Shown: piece after piece, positions 27,825 to 43,499 of the stretch | How the letters are laid out: every line of letters starts with the position of its first letter | Position numbering within the stretch: the first letter of the stretch is position 1 | DNA from: Spheniscus humboldti | Taxonomy: Eukaryota | Length of the DNA: 64,000 bases | Assembly: GCA_027474245.1 (NCBI GenBank) | Contig: CM049887.1 | Span: 20,879,762 to 20,943,761, forward strand | Direction of reading: 5' to 3' | Translations under genes and position numbers: made by a program | The notes under the pieces: generated by a model | Databases searched by the model: none | The model's input: only the letters and a program-made list of their open reading frames with translations | Told to the model about the DNA's origin: nothing

Positions 27825-30800
27825 CTATGCAAAACAATCTATACTTAGAGCTGTCCTATCTGAATTTTACAAGAATAAACAAACAATTTACAGTATTTAA
27901 AAAGCCAAATGTACAAGACTTCCAATACTTGAAATAAAAAAAATTATTCTTTGAGACTGTACATATATCTCAATCATCTGCTTTTAAACAGATTTTCATT
28001 AATCCCTATTATTTTGCATTACATAATCTGCCTCGTGTATTTGAAAATCCTGAACATTACAGCTAAATATAGCTGTACGGTTTCTGGGCAGGAATTGAAG
28101 TGTTCGTATAGCATATATATGCAGTGTACACACCACAAATTAGCAAAAAATCTCAAGTGATTTTGCAGTAATTAGCAGCTATAAGGCAACTTGGCTCTTT
28201 AGGGATCATAACTTATTAAAAATACATTTGCAAGAACTGTTCGTATTATGTTAACTGTATATAGTGTTACAGTGTATTAGTCTAACATCTAAAAGCAACA
28301 CCAAAGATGGTACTCAACTTTACAATAAATTATTTGTAATATGGCATAAATCAATCTTGCATTTAAAATTTATTATAGTAAAAGTACCAGAAAACTAAGG
28401 GAGGTTTTGTTAGAATTGAAAGTGACAGAACAGTCTCCTCCAAAATTCTGATTCACAGTAAGAGATAGAAGAAAAGCTTAAAGACACCTTTGGAGGAGAT
28501 CATTTAGCTACAATATTGAGCTAGGAAACACCATTCCGCCAGTACCCATTAACATACTTAACAGGTAGGTAAAACTGCCTTCATAACATTTTCTCATGTT
28601 GTTATAAGAAAGAAAAAAGTGATTATATTTATGTCTGCTATTATGAAATATCATCAACTTTAAAACTGGTGGTGATGCGTTTTTTTCCCCCCACAATGAT
28701 AATCCACCCTTTTCAGCCAAGTGTGCATCCAAAGTTTGATAACGGAAGAAGACATGCCTTTGGAATCTAGCCTATGTTTAAAGTCATGACAACATACAAG
28801 AATATCAAGAAATCTGACATGTTGCTAGACTAATAAACTTGTTATTTCAAAAATCAACCTCTCACCTCTCATCACAACTGTAACATCTTTAGTAATAAAT
28901 ATATAAATGTACATCATTGTAAGCAGGCCATTTAGCACAGATACAGTACTATGACTATCTGCAGGTATGCAAACTTGCATCTTTATTACCTGCCCTGAGT
29001 ACACATATCACACAGCAGTCAGTGAAACCACCGCATCCAAGATACTGCTGCTAAAATTACAGACCTGGGCTTGATCATATACATTATGCCACCTGCAAGC
29101 TGCTTAGCAAAAACAACCCATGCAACACAGTAGCACGTGTAAAGTGCTACAGAAGTTTATTATAAGCAATAGAGAAAAATCTTGTAATTTTGAAAAACAG
29201 AACTCATTTGAGCTTAGTAATGAGAAACTCCCAATACCTCTCCCTATGACACTGAGCCAAAACAAAGGTATGTGCAAGTCGGATGCCTCTTACCTACCCA
29301 CAAGCACGATCAGTTCATGTAGCAGGTAGAAGACTGTGCTACAATTCAAGAGAATTAGTTGAATATGCCCTAAAACTGTTTTTTAGTGTCATCTATTCCA
29401 TGACTAAATATGGAAGGAAATGGAGAAGTCTAAACTGCCAATATAAGAAGAAACCTTTACTTTCAGAGGCTAAAAGTACTCTGCAGGACTATCATGATGG
29501 CAGTGCTTAGTGTTGGTAGTAGTGCCATTAACTAAAAGCACTCAATGCTCACTTTTATTGGCTTGCTTACCAGCCTAAACAAACTTAGCCAGCTGGCCAC
29601 ACTCAGGTAGCATTTGCTTATCCTTCAACTGCAACAAAGTTCTTATCCTCTGTATCATACCAATGCACCCATACTGCTTCAAGGGTGACATATAGCGACC
29701 TATACTATCAAACCTCTGTATTATTAAGCCAGTTTCAGGCAGAGTCAGCTCTGATAGGAGGACAACTGGGGAGTGTAATGCAAGGAGAGTGGGGCCCTGC
29801 ACAGTTTCAGCAAGAGGCCACTATGGCATTTTAGCTATACCTCAGAGGTCCTCCTAGCTCCAAAGCAGACCCTAAGAGCTAACCACTTGATTGCCCATTC
29901 TTTTTGGTGGGACACTGATGTCAGCAGTTAATTCACTGGACCAGGTTCAGCAACAGATGGAGCAGCCATCAGTGTTCATGCCACAATGCACAGACACTAA
30001 AAAAAAAAAATGAAGGGGCTGAAAAAGCACACTCTAAGTGTCCGAACTGCACATGCCAAGTTCTAGCAGAGCTGGCAACAAGCCACAGTCAATAATCCTC
30101 ATCAATGCAGAGACAGTTCCCAAAAAAGCCTTTTTTGTCCCCCCATATTGAAAAGTTTATCAGCTGCACCTAGCATTACAGATCCAGTTAAGTGCTATGG
30201 TGAGGCATATAGATTCTCTCAGAACTTTGCCGCAGAAGACAATGTAAAAATGAGTGGTCCTGCACAAGTTAGCCCAACACTAATTAAATCTCACAGAGGT
30301 ACCTTGCTTTCTAATAACGCTATCATGCAGGTATTTCCATTACTGAAGATACTCCAGCTCCCCACTGTCCCACATGACGAAAAGTCTCAAATGGCACAGG
30401 TAAAGGCCAGTTAAAAATAAAGTTACAATTCCAACAGAAGTGTTGAGAAAGGATGCTAAAATCAACTATTAAAGGTCTCCTATTTAAAGGTCTACTACAG
30501 GTTTTGGGGGATCCGGTTTATTTGGTTGTAGCGGTGGGGTTGTTAATGGGGTGGAGAGAAAAAAAAAATCTCTACAGTGAGCTAACCTAAAATCCAGATA
30601 CTGTGGAAACAAACACTATCTTTACCTATTCACTACAGATATTTTTCCCTTTTAAAAATACTAGTTCACTGTTACTATAACTTATTTTGGAACTACACAT
30701 TTATTTCTAAAAGCATTTGTATCAAGTTTAAAATCAAAAGTTATAGCACAAAGCTTACAAAGCAAGACTACGATGAACATCATTTTTAAGCATTAAAACC

Positions 30801-32056
30801 TGACAAGAAAAGGGCTGTGAACTGACTGCTATAAACACGCATTTAAAATTTGTACGTAAAAAGTGTATCTTGTGGATCTGGACAACTGGCATTAGTAGTT
30901 TCCACAATATCAATATTTACAAAGTCTTCTAATTAAATGAAATTTTCAAGTAGACTGCAATAATATGCAAAAGTACAACTATAAAATAAAAAAAAATTTA
31001 GTCACAATTTATGCTTCAGCTTATTATTTGTAAATGAATTCACAATGTCTTCCTTTAGAATTATTTTTAAAGCTCTTCATCTTCATGGAAAGAAAAAGCC
31101 TATTTCTATTTTGCAGCTATAAATGCGTCTCAATTAATAAATGCAAGGACATGGTGAATAATGTATTTTAAAATTTGGACCAGCAGATTCATTAGTCTAT
31201 AAATTCACATTACTCAGAAGGTCAAGTGACGTTTACTAGGTTTTGTATGTACTTTTGAATTTAAAATATGCAAAAATAGTATTAACTTTTCGTAAAATTA
31301 TCATCTTAATTTATTTTAAATGAACATCCGGAAGCTTCCAAGAGATATATATTGACAGCTAATACAGTTTAGTAAGATTTTTTTTTTTTTTGAAAGAAAT
31401 ATTCTAAGTTTCAGTCTTGTTTAAAAGCAGATATTCTGGTTAAGTAAGATTTCAAACTGTTTCAGTCTGCCTATATGGTGCAAGCACTAATTATTAAGAA
31501 TGTACTTTTCTAGACTTCACAGGAACAGTTTTTAGCAGTGACAATATTTTAAGTCACAAAAGTGAACCGAGAATATTTGCAAATACAGACTTGCAATAAA
31601 TTAGTAGAACACCAACCACATTATTCATTAATCTCTTGTCAGGTAGATCAACAAGAACTTACTAATTTTAAGCTCTATATCATTTCACTGCATGCAATTA
31701 CAGTCCCAGCTTCTCTGAATAGGTAGTCCCTCAAAAAGAATGCCAAATACCTTCTGAACAGAAAATTCCTCTTTTGTATCAGATAATTTCTAGAGCATCA
31801 CCTTTCCCTGCCTTTTCATTTCTCTTAACTTGCACATCATACTTTTCTCCCACAGGTAGTCAAAACAATAAAATACACACATGGGGGGGGGAACAGCTGT
31901 TTGAAAGCAAAATTACGTAAGATTTTTTTATTTCCTAATACTGTTTACTCCTTTTTACCAGTAGTTGTCGCTAATTAATACTGCTTGAGTAACATGTACA
32001 GTCCCAAAGAAAAAGAAATTTTATATTACAGAAGCCTTTTTCCTTCAGATCCCTAC

Positions 32057-32114
32057 CTCCCATGTTTATTGCTCCACGAGGACCCATATCACCCATTCTC
32101 ATTTCCTGTTCTCT
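32057..32114 (-). CDS. PSPC1: PSPC1 coding exon (58 nt)
   Basis: An acceptor tttcag is followed by AGAGAACAGGAAATGAGAATGGGTGATATGGGTCCTCGTGGAGCAATAAACATGGGAG, translating to REQEMRMGDMGPRGAINMG plus a G that begins the D of the next exon. The donor is G|gtaggg. It is identical to the human REQEMRMGDMGPRGAINMG. Confidence 0.88.
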
Positions 32115-35100
32115 CTGAAAGTAAACATAGTTTTCATGGTCAACCTATCATTCTTAGAACTTAAAACATTCCCATTTACTCCATGAAAATAAAAATTTTC
32201 AAGTTTCAAAAGTTTCCATTGATTACAAAAATGTACAAGGAATAAAGTTAATGATACTCCCTTTTTTATAAAATCAAATGGAATAATAAGTTCAACATAG
32301 CAATGCTGTATATTTTTGCATAATGCTAAAGGTTAAATATCTTAAGTTTAATTTATCAGATGCAGCAGTCTAAAGTTCCCAAATAGTTATGTGATCAACT
32401 GCAAATGAATCCATCTTCACTCAGTGTTTTTCATTAATAAGCAGCAGTATATTTACATTTTAACTGTAAATAAAGAGGTCTTATTACAGTATTGCCTAAA
32501 GGCCGTGGTTCAATAATACAGTCAATCTGGATTCACAACTCAAAAATGCTTGTGTTGATTGGAAACCAAGCTCTGATGTGTTATATTATGGTATATGAAC
32601 TCCATCTGCCAGTTCATTTTTGTTCAAATAGTTTTGACTTAACTTGGGGGTGGTACATTTTTTGGTAATTACATCATGCTATTGCCATGTCAGTTCAGAT
32701 ACTGACCATCCTTTTGAAACCAGCATAAAAATGTAGTATCAACATGAACTATATAACATGCATTTATACTAAATAGACAAATAACACGCCAAATTGATCC
32801 AGATTCAATTGATGCTCAGTCGTCCAACAGCAAAAGAGTTCTGACATTACTGATCATGAACCACGGCCTGCTGTGAAACAATACTCAAGCAACAGTACCC
32901 AGAGTGGCAAAAATCATAACTTAGGGGAAAACACTGTACAGCTATCACAGATAATTCCAAGGGATTTTAGTATTACTGTTTACATCAAAAGGATGGAATA
33001 GAAACAAATTCACAGTTCAAAATGAAAACTAATGAAACTTATACAAAAATTTTTCTCATGAATTTTCTGCAAGAATGTTAACGTATATTCCACTCTTGAG
33101 TGAACACACGTCTCCTGAGAACAAGCATCTGCAAAAACATTTACCTGATTCTGCAAATCATTCCACTTATGATTTAAGAGTGTAAGTTCAGATGCACAAT
33201 TCCATATACTAGGCAACTGAATCAGTCTTGCTAAAAGCAACCTTTAAACTGAAATATTAATCAAATCAAAATACATTCATAGTATTTTTATGGTTTCACA
33301 AAACTCCTTTTCGTTCCATCATGTTTGGGATGCCAAACATGAGTCTTCTATCTTCACACACTTAAAGCAGCAGACACCAATATTTGACAGAACAGAGTCA
33401 ATAGTTTTGTAAAAATATCCCAGTATGGGAAATTATCATGCGATACATGACAAAAGGCTCTCAGGTCCGTATCTTTGTTTCTAGTAACTCATATTAACCT
33501 AGAAAATGAACTTAACATAAGACGATTATACACTATTTTCAAAAGAATATGGCTTAGTGTGGAGAGGAAAAGTAAGGCGTCATAACTAAAAGACAAGGCA
33601 GTTTTAAGGTCCAGCTATGAAAGGCCCTTGATAAACACTAAGCATGACCTCTTCTTCTGACCCCAGCACCCACGTTAAACCTTTGTAACAGAACATGCAA
33701 CTACTTTGTCAGACCTTTCACAGTAATGTCAACTGACATTTTAAGTAAAATCAGCAACCCTATTAGGATCAATCATACCCACAAATTGATACCAATGAGT
33801 TAGTCACAAAATCAGCATACAACCTTGTTGATATTAGTCTGCTTTTTACACCTCAGCCCTGACATGAAGAAGCGGAAGGAAAAGTGTTGTATCATCCCTA
33901 ATGTCAATCCCTAGCCCAACATGGTAGAAAAACACCATGGCTATCAGTTTACATCAATCAGACTATGCATGCACGCACGACTGAGTGTGCATGTGTGAAA
34001 ACAGGACAAGCCAAACAGTTGCGAGATGCTCTTTAGCTACAAGGGAAAGTACCAGATTTTGAATTACTGCACATACTTACTTGATGCAGCTCAGGTTCAA
34101 CTGCAAGCTGGTGTTTGTTTGGGTCTTTTTAATGTGAAGTGTGCCATATAAGGCAGGGCTGAGTACAATAGCAGCTAGATAAGGATGTTAAGTACAGAGT
34201 TATAAAGCTGTACTAGTTACTAGACCTTAACTCGTTTTCTTTGCCATGGATAGAAGCATTGGCAAGCTATAACATATACCTTTTTTAAAAAGCATACTAC
34301 ACTTTCTCCTAGCAGTAAGCCACTTTTTTCTCAGCTTGAATGCTACCAGTCTTCAGTTAACAATAAGTACAACAAAAGAGAGGGGTAGAACCTGTAATTT
34401 TTATGTTTTCTTAGTCTAGTCTAACCTTTGTAACAAAAACATGAAGTAATTATTTGTCATTTTGTAGCTTTAACTTTGGTGTTGAATTATTACCATATAA
34501 AAAACATTTCAGCTATAGACTCAAGATCCATAAATGTGCCTTATGATCTCTGCTGCCTGTTAATCTATCAACATGCCTACATGAATTATTATTCCTACTG
34601 TTGCATGTTCACAACTTATCATGTTCTTTTGAATTTTCAGCACAGGGAAATTCTTCTATATGGTCAACACAGAATTAGCAAATTTAAGATAAATCCCCTG
34701 TCAGAGAAAATACTCAATTTCAAATTTTAACTGACAGCATGTATCATTAATATAATTAAATGTTTGACATATTAACTATGAAAACATGTACTTAGATAAT
34801 TTGCCAAAACCTGTATTTGCAGAAGTCCAGATGATAAAAATTCAGTCCTATCCCACACAAATCATGTCCTAGACAGCTATTTACTATGCAAGCATAAACA
34901 AGTTTTTGCAGGTAAGCTAGGTCAACTATTCCATGGGTTTTGCCCAAAATAAGAGACAAAAGAATACAAACAGGCAGTTATGACAGAGTAGCTGAACCAG
35001 TGCTGGTTGATATGCCAGCCCACTCGAGCGCTTCGTTCTTGGATACTCAAGCCCTTTGCAGAACGTAACAATGATAGCGTTATCTTCTCAGAGCTTCTTT

Positions 35101-38100
35101 TCCTCACTATGCGACTGCCCATTCTTCTGTTGAGTAGCAGCCTGCTTCAGCCCCTTCCCTGAAGCCACCCATAACTACCCACAACAGGGAGTTAAAACTG
35201 AGCAGCAAGCAAGAAGGGCTAAACTTTTACTAGAAAAATATGTAGGGAGGTGATTAAGAACCTCTGAAGTCACCCGGTACCTGGGAAAACAACTTAAACT
35301 GGAAGAGAACAATAAAAATGGATGATATGCAATTATAGGGGGAAAAGAAACCATAAGACAAAGAACATGTAGTAAAGTGTAATTTAAGCTTTGGGACGAT
35401 TAAAAAAAAACCCAAAACCAAAAAACAAAGGGAAGCAAACAAAGAATAATATCCTATTGCAAAAGGATAATGTTTTACACAACTCAAAAGAATGCTTTCC
35501 AAATGACTTCTGTTGCAGGTTTCTTGTAAAATACTTCAGAACTCACTAATGCAAAAAAACCTCAAGAAGGTCTGATCATCTGAGTAATTTGCTTTTAGAA
35601 AAACTGCTACGATGGCAACTGTAGCATTATACTTGCTTACTACTTTAGATACAAGCATTAAATATGAGATTTCCACACAATTCCAACTCTTTTTAATGTC
35701 AACTGTAAAAACTAGATCTACACAGAAGTATTGAATACACCTAGTTTTCAAATTACATATATATTGTACATTTAATATACTATGGATTCTCCCCTTTTTA
35801 CAAGTACTAGAAACAAGATTTCTTAAGCATTTGAGGTTTATCATGCACAACATTCTTGCACCTCAATCACTACTGATACCAGTAGTCTAAGTATACAGAG
35901 AACTGCCAAGATGATTCTTCTGGTTTTTTTAAATATATATTTTTAAATTTACTCTATGAAACTAACTGTTTTGAAAAGACACCTAAGAATTGATACAGGA
36001 GAATGTATCAGATGCAATTCCCTTCTCACACTGAAAATAAAAACACAAGTAGTTATAAAACTGGGGTTTTTTTAACTGACAAACCAATACTACTTTTTTC
36101 CCCTGGAAACAGACCTTGCAATTGCAGCAGCCCAAAGAAAATTAAAGATCTTGTCTCCGAATGATGCAGTATTCATAGTAGCAAAACTGTCAAAAAATTT
36201 AATAAATATGGCATGGAATATTTTAGAAAAGCAAAAAGCAAGATATAAACAGAAATATTAAGACAACAGATCATCAGTTTTCTTCAAGTGTTTGCAGCCA
36301 GGAGATGCACTCCCAGTTAATACAGGACTCTTCACTCACCTTTCAGCTAAGGAATGGTGACCAAAATCACACTAAGACACCGCATCACATCACTTACCCC
36401 TTAAACTTAAACTTGCACATTAAAATCACTAACTTAATTAGCACTTTATCTAGGTTGTGTGTAGAGCAAAATGTAATTCACAGTGCTGTTGATTCTCACC
36501 TGTTATCATTAGCATGGAAACTGTACTCTATTCTCTAGCAGACTTTATATTTGTCAAAACAGGTAAGATGTTTCTGTACCTCTTACTAGAATTCATTACT
36601 CCCTTCTAGAGTGGTTTATTTCATTAAGTTCTTTCTAGAAAAGAAAAATTATTTCCGAAGGCCTCTCCAGGAAGCATAAGTCCCTTAAACCTTACACAAA
36701 ATCGTAATTTACTGAAAGACATCTATATTTTAAAGACATAAATCATACAAGTGGTTAAAATTACTAGTTTGGCAGTCAAAACTAGAATTTGGGGGATACT
36801 TTTGGTTGTGCATTGTCTTTTCCTCAGAATATTCTACTATTTCAATCCAATGACTAGCTCCCTGGAAGTTAAGCCGCCAGCAAGGAGTTAAAGTAATAAA
36901 AGCCTTCTCTTCTACCCACCCCTCGTCACCTTTCCCTCTTTGGTCTATCCATCAATTAAGATATATATGTAAGATCTGAATAGTTCATTTTATTCCATCA
37001 CATGCAGTAATAGTGAAGAATTTTAAATGAAAAATACTGATGTTCTTTCAAAATCCAAGATTTCTGCGTGTTCCTGAGCACTGCAACCTAAATCCAGAGC
37101 TAATCCCTCCTCTGAGTTGGGCGTCATACTAGACAATTCCAGAGATCTCTTCCAGCCTAAAATACTCAAGAATTCTACGAACTGAATGATAGCTCCCACC
37201 CAGGAGTTTGGAAAAAAGTAAGCTCTCTTACCTCACACAAAATTACACAAGCAAATACATTAAACTAGGTAACAACTAAAGTAAATGTAGCTATAAAACA
37301 TGTAGCATACAGGAAACTACACAGCCCTATTTTTAAATAGGGAGTCTAATGAAAAGAATTGTCATTAGGTTTAATAGCTGTCAACAGGACTTGGTCTTTG
37401 AGAAAAACATTCTAACAGGGCTAGAGCAGATAGTTAAAGCCAACTTCCTCCTTGGTGACTCAAGTAATGAATAGAGTCAATGGAGATGACTAAGTTATAC
37501 CATTAAAAAAATCTATACATTTAAAAACCTATCACATCAGGAAAAACAGGAATACACACTGCATGAAATATATGCAGATATATATTCCAGTAAATGCTAC
37601 AAGTTGGAAAAACATTCCTAATGGTAGTAACAATGATAATGCTAGCTGTTGACAAAAAAAACCTGCGATTTCCCTTATGGAAAAAAGATTTATTATTAGT
37701 CCAGTGCATTTCTTAAAGATTTCCATCATTTCAATAATATTGTAAAGGAAGTATCAATGTTATTAAAAGAGGAGAATTTCTTTTAAAACTAATTAATAGC
37801 AAAAGCATAGGAATGTATTTGGGAAAAACCTCCATGCACTACATCTTTGTTCTCTGCTTTTTGTTTTGGGAACAAACAAGAAAAGTCTTCAACTTCTGTG
37901 GGGTCTTCCCTCACTTCCCTTCTACATCTTTTGGAGAGCAGTCAGTTGCTGAGGGTAGTCCTCAGCATCTAAACCCCACAGAAAAAAAACAAATGCAGTT
38001 AAAAGAAGCCAAAAATATTTACTACTCTAAGCTGAAGTTATTCTTTAAAAATACAAAAAGGTATTTTACCTCAAACAATGTTTTAAAATCACAGATGTTT

Positions 38101-41100
38101 TGTAATAAAAAATAACACTAAATTTATATTAATGTGCAAGACAGCTACCACAGCACATTAAAAAGTCAAGTCAATATACCTTGTAATATATACTAGTACA
38201 TTTTACACAGAATTAATAAAGAATTGGGTAGGACAGTGCTCCATTACACAGCTTCATTAACTAAGTACTGAAAAGGCTCTCAGTGTATATCACCTAACAC
38301 ACATTAACACTGGAAAAGATAGAACCGGATTGCAGTTTTTGTGTGAGAGAGAGAACACACAAACTTAACACTTCTATCCTACAGATTTAGAAGAAACTGT
38401 TTTCAAAAAGAAAGTTACATATTCTCTCAAATTCACCTTTTTTCATTCCAGTGATTTCTGATCTTTACAAGATGGAAGACAGTTTAAGATCTTCCTTTGT
38501 TTATGTAAAATTAGCTTCTACTTTCCAAAACATGCAAGTTGCTCAGTTTTTTGGGAGAGTACAGTGTAAAATAACTGTGATCCTCCCAGTATTCTTTGTT
38601 TTTTAAGTCATCCTGCTACGGCTGGATGCAAAATCCAATCTGAAGAAAAGCTGACTTGCTTTCAACACGTCAATCACATGATGTGAGGATGTGATGTCAG
38701 ATGTACACTGACAGTTTTGGAAATGAAAGCAGTTTAATTGCACTAATATTACTCACATTACAAAGACATTTAAGGGACACTTCACTAACCAGCAACATTT
38801 AATAATTCCCTGAAAGAAAACACTATTTAATACAGAAGAGACAGCCACTAGGCTAATCGAAAAGAGGTAAGCCCACAGACCACCTGGAGGCCCCTCAAAT
38901 TTGTGAGCATCAAGGAGACTGAAAGATCCCAGAAATTGCAACACATTTTTATGAAACACTATAATGTAAATCTCATTGTACGCGTTAGCACTCAAAAAGA
39001 CTGCCATCTATAGCAGCTGCAAAGTCTTAGTAATGCAATCTGATTACAAGTATTGAAAACATTCAAGAATGAAAAATCATTACTATTATTCTCAAAAGAT
39101 ATTGCTGCAAGTAATCTTTTTTTTAAAGACTAGTTTCAACATGACTTGTAAGATTTTAAGTTTTCCTCAAAATCAAAGTCAAAGGACAGCTGAGTACATT
39201 AATATACTTGCTGTTCTTGCATCTTGGCCAAGAAAAATTGTATTTCACACTTTCCAAAGACTACTGCTGTTTATAAGAGGCAGCAGTCCACATGTTCTTC
39301 CTTCCTTTGTAACACAGAAGAACCATTATCTAATCTACAAGATTTTACTTACATTTCAGGTGTCCTTTTCTCTTATTGGATTTTTTTTAAATCCAAAACA
39401 TTCTAGTTAATTCCACCTCTAAGAAAGCAAACCTGTGACATCCTGTAGAACATGAGTATATACTTACACAATCAAAAAGTAAAACTGGATCAAAAAATGT
39501 GTTTTCTTTTTATAAAATGTGGGCCAAAACACCACCATTGAAAGAGAAAAGTAGATTTAATTTTTCACAACACAAAAGACTCCCAAACACTCCTGCTATT
39601 CATTAACCTCCATGTGGCACACTGGGCTTGTTCCAGCTTGGAAATATGTTTCTGCTAATTTTGCAGTAGTAGCTAAGGGAAAACTAAAAAATCTTGTAGA
39701 AAAATACTGATGCAAGAAGGCAAGTTAAGAGCTGGTTGAAGTTCTTTCAAGAAAAAGTCAACTGAAAATGACTAATACCTTAGAGTGAAACCTGTCTGCA
39801 GTAAAGAGTCCCTATCAGTGAACTGTTAAAATACTGTCAAAAATGTATTTTTTTCAAAATTTAAGTTTGGGGTAGAAAGTAAACTAGATGAGGAAAACAG
39901 TCCAAAATACTTGCAACTGCTATACAATGGAGATATTTTCTCACTCCTATATCATGAGAAGCAGAAAATAACCACTACTCTGAACTATAGGAATAAGGCA
40001 AACAAACTAGAAAAGACAAATGAAATTCAAAATTATGTGAAAAAAATGTGAATAATCATTACTGGTTTTCATCTCAGAACAAGGGAACAAAAGAATACTT
40101 ACTGTCTGAGCCAGAAAAGGTAGTAGTATAAACCTTTTTGTCTGTTTGTTTTCAGAAGGACATTCATGAATAGACACTTTATCATGGAGACAACTGACAA
40201 TTCAGTCACTGATCTGGATGCAGAGATATTTATTCATCTTCAATATTAAAAACTGGTCACCACTACCACAGAAGTTGTCTACATGCCTATAGAGACTTTT
40301 CTGAATGTCTTTATCTAGTGACCTTAGACACTAAACTTGAGAATTGCGATCTTTTACAGAAAATATCCAAAGGTCTCAATAACTTGAATAAAAGTATGAA
40401 TAAATATAATTTCATTAAAAAGCTTATGTGCTTTTTAAAGACCTTTTATCACATAAGCTACTGCAGCTTCATTTTATACAGAACTCTTACTTTCAGAATG
40501 CTCTATTACAGGCCAAAAATTCAAATGACAATTTAATTTGTTAACAAAAAGAAAATAGTCTAAAATAAGCCAAGATTTACCACAGAACCTACTCTGTTTA
40601 TTATAGAACTTTTCTCCATATTGAGATTTCTTTCTTTCCTGCTTAATTATTTTGTCTTGTAGTTACTTGCTGCTTCTCTGAATTTTAATACTGCATTCAA
40701 AACATTGCATTAATATATCATTATTTCCTGAGGTTTCTTCCCACCTCTCCCACTTCCATTTGTTATAATACCATAAAATATTGTACATACAACATCTACA
40801 GAATAAAACTGACTAAAAAGGTTCCTCATTTTCTCACAACCTGTGGAAAATGTTATTCCCCAGCCAAAAAATTAATGTATACAGAAGGCAAAATCTGGCC
40901 CAAACAAACTGCATATAAACAGTAGCTAGGAATAAAACCCAAAGATTTTAATCTCATGCCTCTATTCAATCATCTTTACATCATCTGTTCAGGTAAAGGA
41001 AAATCCTACCATGTCCCTTCACTGTCTATGGCTATACAGATGAAGCACACTCTGAGGGTATAACTGCAAAGACAGATTTTTTTTTTTTTCCAAATGCCAT

Positions 41101-43499
41101 CGTTGTTGACCACTTGAGAGAAAACAGGAACAGAGATATTCTGTCAAAATTTCCCCTTGATCTAACAACTAACACTCACAAGGAAGGTAAAATTCTGCTT
41201 CTCAAATATTTTAAGGTAAAATTCAGAAGTAATTTTTCACAAGACAAAGGTGCTTAGAGAAGGTAACCACTTTAACAGACCTGAAAATCCTTTAAAAAAA
41301 AAAAAGGAAGATATATAGATATATAAACTCTCTTGATAGCAGCTTCCTCATTACAACATTCTGTCAATTAATTTGGTTCCGCCGGAGTTAAGAGCCACTT
41401 TAGATCCATGGAACCAATATATAAAAACACTTCTCCTAATTTCTATTAGCTTCATTTTTTGAATGACAGTAATGAAATTAAAAACATAAATTAAATACAG
41501 TTCAACAGCTGAGCATAATGCAAATTTTTTTTCATTTGTAATCAATTTAAGGCACTTAACTGTTTACTCACCTGAAGAACTACTTTCTGAAAGCAATATC
41601 CACCATATCACCAAGTTCATAATTGATACATCTAATATAATTACATTACATTCACAATATATTCACATCTTCAGAGACATACTAGAGAATTTTATGCCAC
41701 AGCTTAGAATTATTCTGGTTTTATTTTAGCTAAAGAAATGGCATGAGAGTAGGTAAGTATCAAAACAGACATCCATGGGAGCATGAAGGATACCTTACTT
41801 TCACAGAACAAGTTGCAAATGATTTAAGATGTACTCCACAATTCACCCTGGTAGGTGTGGAGTTGAAGGGCTGTTTAACTGGTAACGAAGTCTGAGCTAA
41901 CTGTACCATCATGCAGAAATAGACTAAAATATTTAACTGAAAATTGGATATTATAAAACAATGTTGCATTTTAGGTTTCCCAAATGTTAAGTTTTCCTTG
42001 CACATGAAACAAATCTAGGCAAATATTAAAACAGAGTGAACATTGAACTGATTCAAAACAATTTTCCCCAACTGCAAGATCAAGGATGAGATGAAGGCAA
42101 AGTCATCAAAGTTTACTTAGAAGAAAAATTAACCATCCAAGAATATCCTTTATCATGAAGTGTTTATGCAAAAATCTAACTACTTTTTAATTGGAATGTT
42201 GAATATAACATTGCAAAATCAACCTAAAACACTTTAAAAGCAGCACTAGTTACAGCCACGGTACACTAAATATGACTCTTTGCCAGACTTCTGTATTAAC
42301 AATTTTTCCTCACCAAGTAGATATTGTATATGCTGACTAAATTGTAACAACAAAAAAAAAAGTCCAATTGTAGTCGCTATCCCATAATTGATCTGAGTTA
42401 CCAAGTTATTAGAATATGCAAATATTTGCCAAAAGGAAGCTGAAAGCCAAAGTTTTTCATCACTACAAAAAGGTCCTGTAGGAGAAACTTCTAACAAACA
42501 TATGCAGTCTTTTACACGTTATGAAAGTTGCTTACAATCAGAATAGTCCAATGTTTAAGATTTCCCCAACAAAGTTCTGGCTTGTCCACACATACACCAC
42601 TTAAACATATAAAACATGAATAAAGAAGCATCAATGAAACTTCCTGGCATGAAAACAGGCTCCACAGTTTTCCAGCTCTCCATAGTTTTCCAGCTAGTAC
42701 TTTTATACAACCTGGAGGCCATTTACTATGAAACAGGAGCAAGATGAGGTAGACTTGAATGAAGACACTTATGATTTGAATAAACAGAGTACTGACTGAG
42801 GAAAACAATATACATTGTATCAGGCAATTCTAGTATTTTAATAAAAAGTTTAAGGAACTGGTCATCTGAACAAATCCAAATGGATTAAGAAAAATTGCTT
42901 TCTAGTTAAATCCCCTGACTCAAGTCCACACACAGTAACTCTTAAGCTACAGTGTCTGCTTTCATCAAAAGATATCCAACAAAAACTACTATTTTATTTA
43001 TGTACTATAGACCCAAAGGTCAGAATCATGTTAGGGACACAACAGACATCACAATAAATAGGGACAAACAAGAATAGTTGGTTCTTACCTAAAGAACATA
43101 CAAGTTCTCCTATAGATAAACAAATGTTTAATAATTCAGAAAGGGCAGGGGGGAACGAACACAAAGACTCCATAAGTAAATCAAATTTAAAAAGGATTAT
43201 AAAAACCTGGACTATATACAGAAGAGAAACAAAGCCTAAAGAACCTAATTTTGACATTGTCTTTTTCAGATCTTTTGTATTAATACATTTAGAAGAGACA
43301 CTTACCAGCTAACCTGCCACAAGTATATCAAGAAAACTGCATTCAGCAACACTACTAAAAGCAGTATGCTTCATGTCATGTACACAACAAAACTAACGCA
43401 ACTACTCTTTCATCCTACACAATGCTAAGCCTACATTAATGAGCCATTAGCCACTGTAGAAAATCATAATGGGGACAGACATTTTAGTAGGGCCTGTTG

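Noticed and set aside
27713-27937. Plus-strand ORF ([14 protein letters not shown]...) and ORF 24236..24457(-)
   Set aside because: They are antisense or out-of-frame readings of the GC-richer PSPC1 exons at 27655-27824 and 24141-24326.
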